Counted from the stretch's first letter, positions 40,579-52,466 are shown. The stretch is DNA of 64,000 nucleotides from Candidatus Poribacteria bacterium (GCA_965198235.1 OZ240248.1:2432001-2496000), one strand, 5' to 3'. The notes: generated from the letters alone by a model not told the origin. Numbers and translations are program-made.

Positions 40579-40629
40579 GGCAGGTTTCCATATTCTTTCA
40601 GAATTCTTTCAGAAAGGAGTATCAATCAA

Positions 40630-40785
40630 ATGACTGAGATAGGTGTGCATGAAGCAAAGACGCATTTGTCAAGACTTCTCAAGCGCGTTGAAAATGGAGA
40701 AAGTTTTTCTATAACCAATAGAGGTAAAGTTGTAGCGGTAATGGTTCCCCCTTACCCAATTAAATACTTAATTATTACATTGTAG
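40630..40785 (+). CDS. Phd/YefM-family antitoxin, short and orphan (possibly truncated)
   Basis: Manual translation [40 protein letters not shown]; AAGGAG RBS; not in ORF track. Confidence 0.75.
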   Translation: MTEIGVHEAKTHLSRLLKRVENGESFSITNRGKVVAVMVPPYPIKYLIITL

Positions 40786-40794
40786 GAGGCATGT

Positions 40795-43662
40795 ATGAGA
40801 CAGACTGTTGCCGTTAAAGGCGCGAGAGAAAATAACCTACAAAACATTGAAGTTGAGATCCCACGGGAACAACTCGTCGTTGTCACGGGTATCAGCGGTT
40901 CCGGTAAATCTTCATTGGCGTTTGACACAGTCTATGCCGAGGGGCAACGTCGATTCTTGGAGTCGATGTCCACGTACGCCAAACGCTTTATCACACAACT
41001 CAAAAAACCCGATGTCGATTTTATTGATGGATTGTCCCCTGTCGTTTCTATTGAACAGAAAACGATCACGATGAATCCGCGCTCCACCGTCGGCACGATG
41101 ACCGATTTGCAAGACTACCTCCGTATGCTCTTCGCGACGATCGGTGTCGCCCACTGCCCTTATTGTGAAGGTGAAATCCCGATCCGTTCGCATCATCAGA
41201 TCTTAGAACGGATGCTCTCGATGCCGGAAGGCACCGAGGTTGAGATTCACGCCCCAGTCTTCAAAATCTATGGCGAAGATTATGACTATCTCTTCGACGA
41301 CATCCGGACGAAAGGGTGTAGACACGTCAGAATTGACGGTGTTGAACACGACATCAGCGAGGAAATTGAGCTTGATCCCGATCAGGAATATGATCTCCAA
41401 GTTATCGTTGACAAATTCTATATTAAAAAAGAGATTGACAAACAGGTGCTCGCCTCCCTTGAACACGCGATGCTCATCGGCGAAGGTTTCATGCGTTTTG
41501 ATGTGAAGTTCCCAGAGGATACCGAAGCTAACGCAATAGAATTATTGGAAGGCTTCGGATGCCCTAAGCACGGGGTACTCATGGCTGAACTCGGACCGCA
41601 TCACTTTACCTTTAACGAACCGACTGGGGCGTGTGTAACCTGTTCTGGTCTCGGTACCTACCTACAGGTGCATCCGAGCCTGCTTGTCCCTGACAAGAGT
41701 CGTAGTATTATCGAAGGGGCGTTCGTTCACCAAGCGTTTAACTATGATCCCGATAGGTGGGATGGCAGGACGATGTACAGTCTCGCCGGACATTACGGGT
41801 TCGACCTGAACGTTCCTTTTGCAGACCTTCCAGAGAAGGTCATTGATATCCTCTATCACGGCACACACGGCGAGGAATTTCCGATCCTGCAACCAGAAGA
41901 AGCACGACCCGTTGAAAGACGCCATCTCGGTCGGAAAATCCGTTTTGATGGGATCATCACCCGGATTGACAGGCACTATCGGCGTTACCGAAAACAGGGC
42001 GAGGCACACTCTGGAATGGAGGAGTATCTCCGAAAAGTAATGGTAGAGCGCACCTGTCCTGATTGTGACGGAGCCAAACTCAAGCGGCAGCGGCTTCTCG
42101 TTACTATTGACGGTCAAACAATTCACGAGGTCGGCGAGTTGCACTTTGAAGAATTACGGGATTTCTTGTTGACTATCACGGATATTCCGGAGAAGCAGCG
42201 GGAGGCAGGCAACCGTGTTATCAAAGAACTGGTCACTCGGATTAATCTCCTGCTCGGCATCGGATTGGATTACCTGAACCTCAATCGCCGTTCTGCGACA
42301 CTCTCTGGTGGTGAATCGCAGCGCATTCGTCTTTCCACACAGATCGGCTCTGGGTTGATGGGGATGCTCTATGTCCTTGACGAACCGAGTATCGGGTTAC
42401 ATCCAAAAGACAATGCCAAGATGATAGAGACCCTACGGAGGTTGCGGGACATCGGCAACACTGTTATTGTCGTTGAACACGATGAAAGCACAATTCGCGC
42501 CGCGGATCATATTATTGAACTCGGACCCGGACCAGGTATCCACGGTGGGCAGGTCGTCATTCAAGGTGAACTTGAGACAATTCTTGACTGCCCGGAATCT
42601 CTAACGGGTCTTTATATGAGTGGGCAGCGAGAGATCCGACTCCCCAAACAACGTCGGGACTTAAACGGGACGTTCTTGAGCATCATGGGTGCCAGCGAAA
42701 ACAACCTGAGGAATATTGACGTTGATATTCCGCTCGGTGTGTTTATCTGCATCACGGGTGCCTCTGGTTCTGGTAAGAGCACTCTCGTCAACGAGATTCT
42801 CTACAAGAGGCTTCATTCTCTCTACCACGACAGCCGTACGCTCTACGGCGCACACGACGAATTGGAAGGGCACCAGCACTTGAATGACGTTGTCAGCATC
42901 GATCAGTCCCCTATCGGACGTTCGCCGCGTTCCAATCCTGCCACCTACATCGGATTTTACGATAATATTCGCAAGCTTTTCGCGAGTACCCCACTCGCGC
43001 TCGCGAGGGGCTATACTGCCTCTCGGTTCAGTTTCAACGTCAAAGGCGGACGCTGTGAAGAGTGCCACGGCGAAGGTACGATCACCACCAAACTCCACTT
43101 TATGCCGGATGTTGAAGTCGTTTGTCCAACTTGTAAGGGGGCGCGCTATAATGAGGATACGCTTGATGTTACCTATAACGGAAGGAATATCTCCGAGATT
43201 CTTGATATGTCAATTGAGGAAGGCGTTGCGTTTTTCGCCGATCAGCGGTTGATTCATCATAAATTGAATGTCCTGTACCAACTCGGTATGGGGTATCTCC
43301 AGATTGGTCATCCTGCTACGATCCTCTCCGGTGGTGAAGCACAACGGATAAAGTTGGCAAGCGAGCTTGGCAAAATCAAGCGAAGTAAGCATAATCTGTA
43401 TATCTTAGATGAACCCACCACAGGACTCCACATCGCAGACGTGCAGAAACTCTTAGACAGTCTCAATCGTCTCGTCGATAGTGGACATACCGTTCTTGTG
43501 ATTGAGCATCACCTTGATGTTATCAAAACCGCCGATTATGTCATTGACCTCGGTCCAGAAGGTGGACATAAGGGTGGAGAGGTATTGGCGCGAGGCACCC
43601 CCGAAGAGATTGCGAAAATCAAAGCCTCTTACACTGGGCAATTCTTGAAGGAATACCTCTGA
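40795..43662 (+). CDS. uvrA: Excinuclease ABC subunit UvrA
   Basis: [41 protein letters not shown], zinc fingers, LSGGEAQR. Confidence 0.93.
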   Translation: MRQTVAVKGARENNLQNIEVEIPREQLVVVTGISGSGKSSLAFDTVYAEGQRRFLESMSTYAKRFITQLKKPDVDFIDGLSPVVSIEQKTITMNPRSTVGTMTDLQDYLRMLFATIGVAHCPYCEGEIPIRSHHQILERMLSMPEGTEVEIHAPVFKIYGEDYDYLFDDIRTKGCRHVRIDGVEHDISEEIELDPDQEYDLQVIVDKFYIKKEIDKQVLASLEHAMLIGEGFMRFDVKFPEDTEANAIELLEGFGCPKHGVLMAELGPHHFTFNEPTGACVTCSGLGTYLQVHPSLLVPDKSRSIIEGAFVHQAFNYDPDRWDGRTMYSLAGHYGFDLNVPFADLPEKVIDILYHGTHGEEFPILQPEEARPVERRHLGRKIRFDGIITRIDRHYRRYRKQGEAHSGMEEYLRKVMVERTCPDCDGAKLKRQRLLVTIDGQTIHEVGELHFEELRDFLLTITDIPEKQREAGNRVIKELVTRINLLLGIGLDYLNLNRRSATLSGGESQRIRLSTQIGSGLMGMLYVLDEPSIGLHPKDNAKMIETLRRLRDIGNTVIVVEHDESTIRAADHIIELGPGPGIHGGQVVIQGELETILDCPESLTGLYMSGQREIRLPKQRRDLNGTFLSIMGASENNLRNIDVDIPLGVFICITGASGSGKSTLVNEILYKRLHSLYHDSRTLYGAHDELEGHQHLNDVVSIDQSPIGRSPRSNPATYIGFYDNIRKLFASTPLALARGYTASRFSFNVKGGRCEECHGEGTITTKLHFMPDVEVVCPTCKGARYNEDTLDVTYNGRNISEILDMSIEEGVAFFADQRLIHHKLNVLYQLGMGYLQIGHPATILSGGEAQRIKLASELGKIKRSKHNLYILDEPTTGLHIADVQKLLDSLNRLVDSGHTVLVIEHHLDVIKTADYVIDLGPEGGHKGGEVLARGTPEEIAKIKASYTGQFLKEYL

Positions 43663-43672
43663 TATTTTCCCC

Positions 43673-43701
43673 TTGCAAAATTAACCCAAATCGTGTATAC
43701 T
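43673..43701 (+). promoter_or_regulatory. Putative sigma70 promoter for pcrA
   Basis: TTGCAA-17 nt-TATACT. Confidence 0.5.
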
Positions 43702-43794
43702 TTATGGAATGGAGTTGGGGACGATAACGCGCCACTTGCAAGTATATGTTACAAAGTGTGCTTTCCCCTAATACTATGAGGCAAGGGGTAAACA

Positions 43795-46023
43795 TTGACC
43801 GATAACCTATTAAGTTCCTTAAATGATGTTCAGCGCGAAGCAGTCCAACACACCGAAGGACCGCTCCTCATCTTATCGGGTGCCGGCAGTGGAAAAACGC
43901 GCGTCATCACACACCGTATTGCCTACCTACTCGAACATCACGATGTCTCTCCGTTCCGTATCCTTGCTGTAACTTTTACGAACAAAGCGGCAAAGGAGAT
44001 GAAGCAGCGGTTGGATGCGCTCGTGGAAGGCAGTGTTAGCCAAGACCTCTGGGTGGCAACTTTCCACGCGACCTGTGCTCGCATACTCCGCCGAGATATT
44101 GAGAAGTTAGGCTTTTTCGGGGTTACAGACCCCTCCCACGCGGGGTCTGAAAGTGTGTCCCGATCCACAGGTTACGCCTACACCCGCGACTTTACCATCT
44201 TCGATACAGGTGAGCAAGCCACGCTTGTCAAAGATGTACTTCGGCAGCTCAATTATAATGATAAGCAGTACAACCCGCGCGCTATCCTGAGCCACATCAG
44301 TCGTGCGAAAAACGAGTCTATATCACCGGAGACATACCAGAATATCGCGGATGGCTATTTTGAGCGAATCGTTGCGGAAGTCTATGCGCTTTATCAAAAG
44401 GCCTTGCGTCTCAACAACTCCCTTGATTTCGATGACTTGCTACTTTTCACGGTGAGACTATTAAATGAAAATTCCGAGATCCGCCAATTTTATCAGAACA
44501 AATTTGAATATATCCTCGTTGATGAGTATCAGGATACGAATCGATGTCAGTATGAGTTGGTGAATTTGTTGGTAACCGACACAAAGCAGAATATCTGTGT
44601 CGTTGGAGACGATGATCAATCCATTTACGCCTTCCGTGGCGCGGACATCAGGAACATCCTTGATTTTGAGCAGGGTTATCCGAACACGCGTGTCCTCCGT
44701 TTGGAGCAGAACTATCGTTCCACCCAAAACATTTTAGATGCCGCATGGGGGGTTGTACACAACAATAGGGCGCGAAAAGCGAAAAAACTCTGGACAAAAA
44801 ACGACATTGGTGAACTTGTTACCTGCTACGAGGCGATGGACGAAAACGACGAGGCGGGTTACGTGGGTACGCAAATTGAGGATTGGCATGCCGAAGGCGT
44901 AGATTACAAAGCCTTTGCTGTCTTTTACCGAACCAACGCCCAATCCCGAATCTTTGAGGAGGCATTTCACGCTGCGAACATCCCGTATCAGATTGTCGGG
45001 GGTGTCGGTTTCTATGATCGGATGGAGATTAAAGATATCCTTGCCTACCTCCGTGTGGTGTGCAATCCCAACGACTCCATGAGTGTTCGACGTATCATTA
45101 ACGTGCCAAGTCGCGGCATCGGTGCTACAACGCTTGACCGGCTCATCAATTTCGCAGCGCGTGAAGGGACTTCTCTCTTTGAGGCTATCCAGCGTGTCGA
45201 TGAAATCACCACGATTAACCGCGGTCTCCAGACGAAAGTGCGCCGCTTCGCCAAAATTTTTGATGATTTTGATTCAACTATGTTACCCACTGATGCACTT
45301 GACTATGTGCTGAAAGTAACCGGCTACCTTAAAAATTTAGAGGCTCAGAGGACGATTGAAGCACAGAATCGCGTTGAAAACATTGAGGAATTGATTAACG
45401 CCGTTATCGAATATGAACAGAACGTGCCCGAACCGACCCTTTCAGATTACTTGGAAAACGTGGCTCTCACTACTGATATAGATGCTATGGAGACCGACAC
45501 CACCGATATGGTTACATTGATGACCTTGCACAGTGCGAAAGGTTTGGAGTTTCCGTTTGTTTTTATCGTCGGTATGGAAGAGGGGTATCTACCGCATAAA
45601 CGCTCTATTGATGAGGCAACGGAAGCGGCAATAGAAGAAGAGCGTCGGCTTTGTTATGTCGGAATCACACGAGCTATGGAGCAACTTTATCTCTCGCATG
45701 CAAGTGAACGCAGAATGTTTCGAGAGACAGAGTATCGCGTTCAATCTCGTTTTATCTCTGAAATTCCGGAGCATCTCATCAAGCACGTTGATCGGTACCG
45801 ATCTCCGTTCCGACAATCAGCGAGCATGTATGAGGTCGTTTCCGAGGAAGATCCGGTAGATTACTACGTCGATCAGGTTGTTCATCATCCGCAATTCGGG
45901 AGAGGTAAGATAACGAAAGTCAGTGGAGCGGGGCAGGGGGTCTATGTCACCGTTCGTTTTGGTCGTGCTGGGACGAAGCAGTTCGCTGCTTCAGTCACAC
46001 CACTGCAAACAATATCTGAGTAA
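43795..46023 (+). CDS. pcrA: ATP-dependent DNA helicase PcrA/UvrD
   Basis: GAGSGKTRV, TFTNKAA, DEYQD, GDDDQSIY, NYRS, TLHSAKGLEF, EERRLCYVGITRA, C-terminal HPQFGRG. Confidence 0.95.
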   Translation: MTDNLLSSLNDVQREAVQHTEGPLLILSGAGSGKTRVITHRIAYLLEHHDVSPFRILAVTFTNKAAKEMKQRLDALVEGSVSQDLWVATFHATCARILRRDIEKLGFFGVTDPSHAGSESVSRSTGYAYTRDFTIFDTGEQATLVKDVLRQLNYNDKQYNPRAILSHISRAKNESISPETYQNIADGYFERIVAEVYALYQKALRLNNSLDFDDLLLFTVRLLNENSEIRQFYQNKFEYILVDEYQDTNRCQYELVNLLVTDTKQNICVVGDDDQSIYAFRGADIRNILDFEQGYPNTRVLRLEQNYRSTQNILDAAWGVVHNNRARKAKKLWTKNDIGELVTCYEAMDENDEAGYVGTQIEDWHAEGVDYKAFAVFYRTNAQSRIFEEAFHAANIPYQIVGGVGFYDRMEIKDILAYLRVVCNPNDSMSVRRIINVPSRGIGATTLDRLINFAAREGTSLFEAIQRVDEITTINRGLQTKVRRFAKIFDDFDSTMLPTDALDYVLKVTGYLKNLEAQRTIEAQNRVENIEELINAVIEYEQNVPEPTLSDYLENVALTTDIDAMETDTTDMVTLMTLHSAKGLEFPFVFIVGMEEGYLPHKRSIDEATEAAIEEERRLCYVGITRAMEQLYLSHASERRMFRETEYRVQSRFISEIPEHLIKHVDRYRSPFRQSASMYEVVSEEDPVDYYVDQVVHHPQFGRGKITKVSGAGQGVYVTVRFGRAGTKQFAASVTPLQTISE

Positions 46024-46045
46024 TAAGAGGATAAAATACTAAAGA

Positions 46046-46366
46046 ATGGCAACGATTACTACCGAAGGTGTCCACCATGTCGCAAACTTGGCTCGCCTTG
46101 AATTTAATGAAGAAGAAACGGAGCACTTTACCGAGCAACTTACCCGAATTTTGGACTATATCGGGAAATTGAATGAACTCGAGACAGATGATGTGCCACC
46201 GACATCGCACATCCATCCACATCAAATTTTTATCATGGGTTCAGAAACTGAGGCATCACATGTCGCCAAGCCGGATGTTGTCAAACCCTCATATCCACGC
46301 GAAAAGGTACTCGCGAATGCTCCTGAAACTGAAGAGGGATATTTCGGCGTTCCCAGAGTTTTTTAA
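46046..46366 (+). CDS. gatC: Asp/Glu-tRNA amidotransferase subunit C
   Basis: VHHVANLARL, ILDYIGKLNEL, LANAP...GYFGVPRV; upstream of gatA. Confidence 0.92.
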   Translation: MATITTEGVHHVANLARLEFNEEETEHFTEQLTRILDYIGKLNELETDDVPPTSHIHPHQIFIMGSETEASHVAKPDVVKPSYPREKVLANAPETEEGYFGVPRVF

Positions 46367-46477
46367 ATAATTGGCCTTTGCGCTGCCCTCCATTACATTA
46401 CGGGCAGGTTTTTGGTCAATTCCAAGCGGATCTGTTGCCAGAACGCTGTTTGAAGATTCGGAAACCACCGTGGAACC

Positions 46478-46504
46478 GTAGGGGCTGGGTTACCCAGCCC
46501 CTAC
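46478..46504. repeat. GTAG REP-like palindrome with perfectly paired arms
   Basis: gtaggggctggg-tta-cccagcccctac. Confidence 0.75.
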
Positions 46505-46533
46505 AGAACGGTGACCAGATTGAATAGTTAAAA

Positions 46534-47997
46534 ATGCTTTATGAATTGACAGCACATGTCCTGCATGAAAAACTCAAAGCGCGTGAGATTACTGCTGTGG
46601 AACTCACCGAATCTGTCTATGCGCGTATCGCTGAGGTGGAGCCTCACGTCAAGGGTTACCTGACGCTAACAAAAGAGCTTGCCTTGGAACAGGCGAGTCG
46701 TGCCGATGCTGGATTTCAGAACGGAGACGATATGCCTGCCCTGGCTGGTATTCCAATTGCAATTAAAGATGTGATATGCACTCAGGGTGTCCGCACGACG
46801 TGTGCCTCTAAGATCCTTGAGACCTTCGTGCCACCCTACAACGCGACCGTCATGACGAAACTCCATGAACAAGGTATTGTTATGCTCGGTAAGACGAACA
46901 TGGATGAGTTTGCCATGGGGTCCTCTACTGAAAACTCGGCATATCAGATTACACACAATCCGTGGGATTTGGACACTATCCCCGGTGGTTCCAGCGGTGG
47001 TTCTGCCGCTGTTGTATCTGCGGATACTGCTATCTGTTCGCTGGGTTCGGATACTGGCGGTTCGATCCGCCAACCTGCGGCACTCTGTGGTGTTGTCGGA
47101 ATGAAGCCGACGTATGGACGTGTCTCTCGTTACGGGTTAGTTGCATTCGCCTCCTCACTCGATCAGATCGGTCCGTTTACCAAAGATGTCACCGATTCTG
47201 CCCTGCTACTCAACGCCATCTGTGGGAGTGACGCGATGGATGCCACCTCCGTTGATGTCCCCGTGCCTGATTTCACGCAGCGTCTCATTAACGACGTGAA
47301 AGGCTTGAAAATCGGTATTCCGAAAGAGTATTTCACAGCAGCGTTAGACCCAGAAATTGCCGATCGGGTGCACACTGCCATCGCTGTTCTTGAATCCGTC
47401 GGCGCGACGGTTGAGGAAATTTCTTTGCCACATACGGAATATGCCATTGCGACGTACTACATTATCGCTCCCGCTGAGGCGAGTGCAAACCTTGCGAGGT
47501 ACGATGGAGTCCGTTACGGTTACCGGAACGAAAGTCCGGAGAATCTGATTGATATGTATAAAAGGACGCGGAGTGAAGGGTTCGGTGAGGAAGTGAAGCG
47601 CCGTATTATGATTGGCACCTTCGCATTGAGTGCTGGCTACCAAGACGCATATTATCGAAAGGCACAAAAAGTCCGGACACTCATCAAATCTGATTTTGAT
47701 GCCGCATTTGAGAAAGTTGACGTTATTGCAACGCCTACTTCGCCTACACCGGCATTCAAAATAGGCGAACGGACCGCTGATCCGTTGCAAATGTATCTTT
47801 CCGATGTGATGACAACACCCGCGAGTCACGCTGGGTTACCCGGTATATCTGTACCGTGCGGTTTTGTAGAAAACGGGTTGCCGGTCGGATTACAACTGCT
47901 CGGTGCGCCTTTTGCAGAGGAAAAGGTCCTGCGGGTTGCTTATACCTTTGAGCAGAACACTGAGCACCATCGGCAGAAACCACAAATCGGATTTTAA
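46534..47997 (+). CDS. gatA: Asp/Glu-tRNA amidotransferase subunit A
   Basis: [57 protein letters not shown]. Confidence 0.97.
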   Translation: MLYELTAHVLHEKLKAREITAVELTESVYARIAEVEPHVKGYLTLTKELALEQASRADAGFQNGDDMPALAGIPIAIKDVICTQGVRTTCASKILETFVPPYNATVMTKLHEQGIVMLGKTNMDEFAMGSSTENSAYQITHNPWDLDTIPGGSSGGSAAVVSADTAICSLGSDTGGSIRQPAALCGVVGMKPTYGRVSRYGLVAFASSLDQIGPFTKDVTDSALLLNAICGSDAMDATSVDVPVPDFTQRLINDVKGLKIGIPKEYFTAALDPEIADRVHTAIAVLESVGATVEEISLPHTEYAIATYYIIAPAEASANLARYDGVRYGYRNESPENLIDMYKRTRSEGFGEEVKRRIMIGTFALSAGYQDAYYRKAQKVRTLIKSDFDAAFEKVDVIATPTSPTPAFKIGERTADPLQMYLSDVMTTPASHAGLPGISVPCGFVENGLPVGLQLLGAPFAEEKVLRVAYTFEQNTEHHRQKPQIGF

Positions 47998-48171
47998 ACT
48001 ATCTCATCTGGGCACCGTTCCACTTCGTTTCGCGGTGGTTCTCAATTAATCCCAACTGTCTCTGGGTGACGAGGGATTTCTTACCGGAAACCTTAGAGAG
48101 GTTCAGACCTCATCAAAAACCACTGCGGAATGTAATGGAGCAGTGACCCGATTGAATCGTTAAAAAATTTC

Positions 48172-48657
48172 ATGATGAACACTTTAGTTGCTCCGTTCGG
48201 CGGACTTCTCGGTGCGATGATAGGCGGCGTGCTTTGGGCAAAGTATATCCAGTGGACAGGACGTACTGCTGGCTTCATCGCTATCGGTATCGGTGTATTG
48301 GCTGGGGTAGGAATACTCCTCACGAGCAGCCGATGCCTCGCACGTGATGCGAGAACAATGTGGCGTGTTGTCAGTGCTGCCGCTGCGTTTTTCGCGATAC
48401 TCGGTATTTTTATCGGAAAATATCTGGATGTTCAGTGGAATGCGGTTGCACACATCGCGGAGCAACTCAGCCAAGAGCATAATATATCAATAGAGCAAGC
48501 CATGCCGACCGCGACAACTGTGTTTAAGGGACAGTCTGTGTGGGAACTGATGAGGGCACGGATGAGTGGCATCTACGATCTGCTTTATTGTGCTGCTGCA
48601 GCCTTTATCGCTTTTCGGATTCCAAGTATCCAAAGGCTAAGAGACTACTTTTATTAA
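48172..48657 (+). CDS. Hypothetical membrane protein
   Basis: Three to four hydrophobic segments. Confidence 0.7.
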   Translation: MMNTLVAPFGGLLGAMIGGVLWAKYIQWTGRTAGFIAIGIGVLAGVGILLTSSRCLARDARTMWRVVSAAAAFFAILGIFIGKYLDVQWNAVAHIAEQLSQEHNISIEQAMPTATTVFKGQSVWELMRARMSGIYDLLYCAAAAFIAFRIPSIQRLRDYFY

Positions 48658-48783
48658 CAAAAACTTGCGCAAATTTTCTAATTATTAAGTTTTCGCTCTG
48701 CCCTCCACTTCGTTTCGGGCAGATTTTCGCGAAGATCGTGAGTGGTTTAGTAACTTGTATGGGACGAAAGGAGAAAATAGAAA

Positions 48784-50230
48784 ATGGAACTTTTAACGGT
48801 ACGTTTTGGCTCGCGAACTTCGCCCAAAACCTGTTTTCACATCTTGTTATCAGTATTCCTTATCTGCGCGCTGCTACCACTTGGTTGGAGTTCGGAAGAG
48901 ACCGGAAAAACAGCTGATGATGAACTGGTGGAGAATCTCGCACTTTTCTCAGAGATCCTTGCTTATGTCAAACAAGCACATCTTGATACGCCGGATACTA
49001 AAGAGTTTATAGAGGGTGCTATCAATGGCGCGCTTCGCAAATTAGACCCATACAGTCAATACATTCCAGACTACGGTGACTTTCGCATCCAAAACCGTGG
49101 CAACTACGGTGGACTCGGGATGCTGATCGGGATTCGGGAGGATATGTTGACTGTGGTTACGCCTTTTAAGGATAGCCCGGCTGCATTGGCTGGTTTGCAA
49201 AGCGGAGATGTTATTAGCCATATTGAAGGTGAATCGACAGCTGTAATGACCCTGAACGAGGCGGTTGACCAGTTGCGTGGTGAACCGGGAACCCCAGTTT
49301 CTATTATGGTCGTGCGTCAGAACGATAACCGTCCGTCTGAGGTTACTGTCACGCGTGAAGTCATTCGGATTCCGAGCGTTGAGCAGAATCTTATTGGAGA
49401 TAAGATCGGCTATATCAAAATCAATCAATTTCTTGATACGACAGCGAACGACGTAGATAACGCCTTGATGGACTTCAAAGCGCAGAATGTCCGTGGTGTC
49501 ATTCTCGACCTCCGCTCGAATCCTGGAGGACTCCTCTCTTCAGCCGTTGATATCGCGAGCGATTTCCTCACACGCGATCAACTTGTTGTTTACAGTAAAG
49601 GAATTGAGATGCGTGAGGACTTCAAGGCGAAAGGGAAAAAAAGGGAGTACTTTCCCCTGATTGTACTCGTTGATGGTGGAAGCGCGAGTGCTTCTGAGAT
49701 CGTCGCTGGAGCCATCAGAGACCACGGACGGGGACTTGTCATGGGCGACAAGACCTTCGGGAAAGCATCCGTTCAACGCGTGTTTCCGCTTAGCAATTCA
49801 AAATCTGCTGTGAAATTAACCGTCGCGCGTTACTTTACGCCGAACGGGGTTGACATTGACAAAGTCGGTATTATCCCTGATGTTGAGTCCGCGTGGTTTA
49901 GCCGTTCTGAACGACAGATGCATCTGAAACTCCGTGATCACGAGACAGCTCAAAGCTTTCGTGGAAGAGAATGGCGACGATGTGTTAGCACAACTCGCAG
50001 CCGCTTCTCATGCGTCTCGTGATGACCGGCACGCTGCAAAACTCCTGCGGAGTTACCAACGCTTAAGCGATGCGCTGACTGAAGAACAGATTGTCCTCAG
50101 TGATATCGGCATTAAATACGCGCTTGCCCAGATTACAGAAAATTCTCGTGATGAACTGGAGCACGATCCGCAAGTCGTCGCCGCTATGGAACAATTGAAG
50201 GTGCTTGAACTCTTCGCGAAGGAAAACTAA
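48784..50230 (+). CDS. ctpA: S41 carboxy-terminal processing protease (CtpA-like), frameshift near 49945
   Basis: LDPYS, PDZ, DLRSNPGG, SASASEIVAGA, TFGKASVQ. C-terminus (…QLKAFVEEN…DPQVVAAMEQL) continues in the +1 frame, ORF 49934..50230. Confidence 0.85.
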
Positions 50231-50242
50231 GGAGGAAGTACG

Positions 50243-51742
50243 ATGGCTGATGTTAGTCTTCTTAAAAGCGGCTCGCAAGCAGTGTCGGGAGTACAAACGC
50301 CGCTACCGAACTACGTTAATAACACATGGCAAAATTCCGAGGCAACTGAACTGCTCGACGTTACAAATCCAGCGACTGGGGAGGTCCTCACCCGAGTTCC
50401 GCTCTCACCCGCCGAAGAGGTACATCAAGCGGCTACAGCCGCCGCTGATGCGCTCCACGACTGGCGGCAGACACCACCCGTCCAACGTATTCAATACCTC
50501 TTCGCCTTGAAAAACCTTTTAGAGGAGAACTTGGAGGATATCGCCAGAACGATTACGCTGGAGTGTGGTAAGACGCTTGACGAGGCGAAGGGTGAAATGC
50601 GGCGTGCCATTGAGAATGTTGAGGTCGCCTGTGGTATTCCCACACTCATGCAAGGCACGAACTTGGAGGATATTGCTACCGGAATTGACGAATTTATGAT
50701 TCGTCAACCTGTGGGTGTATGTGCGGTAATCGCACCTTTCAACTTTCCGGGGATGATTACTTTCTGGTTTCTACCTTATGCCATTGCCTGTGGCAACACT
50801 TACATCGTGAAACCTTCCGAAAAAGTACCTATCACGATGCAAAAGGTGTTTCAGTTACTGGAACAGACGGGACTGCCTAAAGGTGTTGTCAACCTTGTGA
50901 ATGGTGGTAGAGAGACTGTGGATGCAATCTTAACGCATCCAGACATCCGAGGCATCAGTTTCGTCGGGGCGACTGCGACTGCTAAGGAAATCTATGCGAA
51001 AGCTGCTGCGAACGGCAAGCGAGCCCAGTGTCAAGGTGGTGCGAAAAATCCACTGATTATCCTTCCTGATGCTGATCCGCAGTTTACTGTCAATGCTACA
51101 GCCGAGAGTGCATTCGGATGTGCTGGACAGCGGTGCCTTGCGGCATCTCTCGCCTTTACTGTTGGTGAGGCACGTCACTGGTTCACAGAAGCCATCGCCG
51201 ACACCGCCACTGATCGGGTCGTCGGAAATGGATTGGAAGAAGGGGTCGAGATGGGACCCGTCATCACTTCCGAGAGCAGGAGCCGAATTGAGGGGCTTAT
51301 TCAAACGGGTGCTGATGAAGGCGCGCAACTCCTTGTTGATGGTAGGTATCCGAGCATCCGCGGCGGTGAAAACGGCAATTTTATTCGTCCGACAGTCCTC
51401 AATGACCTTAATCCACAAGGCGATATTGTCGGAACCGAAGTCTTCGGACCGGTTTTAGGGCTCATCCATGTTGAAACGATCGACGATGCAATCGGGCTCA
51501 TCAATAGCGGACGTTACGGCAACATGGCGTGTCTCTTTACGAGTAGTGGTGCATCTGCCCGTAAATTCCGTTATGAGGCAGAGATCGGTAATATCGGCAT
51601 TAACATCGGTGTCGCCGCACCGATGGCATTCTTCCCGTTCAGCGGTTGGAAAGATAGCTTCTTCGGTGACCTCCACGGTCAGAGTTGGGATGCTGTAGAT
51701 TTCTTCACCCAGAAGAAGGTCGTCGTTGAACGTTGGGCTTAA
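50243..51742 (+). CDS. mmsA: CoA-acylating methylmalonate/malonate-semialdehyde dehydrogenase (MmsA/IolA)
   Basis: [47 protein letters not shown]. Confidence 0.9.
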   Translation: MADVSLLKSGSQAVSGVQTPLPNYVNNTWQNSEATELLDVTNPATGEVLTRVPLSPAEEVHQAATAAADALHDWRQTPPVQRIQYLFALKNLLEENLEDIARTITLECGKTLDEAKGEMRRAIENVEVACGIPTLMQGTNLEDIATGIDEFMIRQPVGVCAVIAPFNFPGMITFWFLPYAIACGNTYIVKPSEKVPITMQKVFQLLEQTGLPKGVVNLVNGGRETVDAILTHPDIRGISFVGATATAKEIYAKAAANGKRAQCQGGAKNPLIILPDADPQFTVNATAESAFGCAGQRCLAASLAFTVGEARHWFTEAIADTATDRVVGNGLEEGVEMGPVITSESRSRIEGLIQTGADEGAQLLVDGRYPSIRGGENGNFIRPTVLNDLNPQGDIVGTEVFGPVLGLIHVETIDDAIGLINSGRYGNMACLFTSSGASARKFRYEAEIGNIGINIGVAAPMAFFPFSGWKDSFFGDLHGQSWDAVDFFTQKKVVVERWA

Positions 51743-51757
51743 CTTTCACATTCCTTT

Positions 51758-51844
51758 GCTGGCGAGGTTTCTAACCTCGCCGATTTTCTCCGATAAGGTA
51801 GGTGCGGTTTCCTTGGGAAAACACCCTATCAAAAACACCGCACC
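51758..51844. repeat. Two REP-like palindromes: one short-loop, one with an A/C-module loop
   Basis: gctggcgaggtttctaacctcgcc; gtaggtgcggt-ttccttgggaaaacaccctatcaaaaac-accgcacc. Confidence 0.75.
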
Positions 51845-51962
51845 GGCAAGCCTCGTTACCCAATTACCCAATCGGTTTTTGTCTTCATCAGATCTCGCTT
51901 ATCTATGTGCAAAAAAAGAGGCCGGGCGAATATGCCCGACCCAAGTTGACTGTGAATGAATC

Positions 51963-52466
51963 TTAACGGTGCCTACGGGACTCTCGCTGACTACGGCGGG
52001 ATTCGTTGACGCGTTTCCGTGCTTCTGTGCGCCGTTTCTTCGTCAGTTCCGTCAGTTTCGTCATCTGTTCTTCCGTCAAGATCTCTTTGAGGCTCGCGTT
52101 GAATTTTGTCTTCGTTTCCTTGATGTTCTCACGTAGTTTCTTCACGGCAGCCCGCTTCTCATCGGATTTACGTGCCTCCTTAATCTGTGTCTGGAGCGTT
52201 TCACGGGTTTTCTGATAAATCGGATGTGCCTTCGCTAACGTCTCTGCGTCAAGTTTCACACCGAAAGTCAAATCTATCCAAGAGTTATTAAGAGCGGTTA
52301 CGGGGTTTACCATAGCTATCCTACCCTGATCGGTGCGGGCAGTGTCGTTGCGATATTGACGTTTACTCTGAACCTGTCGATGTGCTGCAGCCGTGTTTTC
52401 AAAAACGAACATTCCGACCATTGCGATTGCTGCGATTGCGCTAAGTACAAACCATTTCCTTTTCAT
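51963..52466 (-). CDS. Secreted helical protein, Spy/CpxP-like LTxxQ motif
   Basis: Signal peptide MKRKWFVLSAIAAIAMVG; ILTEEQ motif; AGGAG RBS. Confidence 0.7.
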   Translation of the reverse strand: MKRKWFVLSAIAAIAMVGMFVFENTAAAHRQVQSKRQYRNDTARTDQGRIAMVNPVTALNNSWIDLTFGVKLDAETLAKAHPIYQKTRETLQTQIKEARKSDEKRAAVKKLRENIKETKTKFNASLKEILTEEQMTKLTELTKKRRTEARKRVNESRRSQRESRRHR

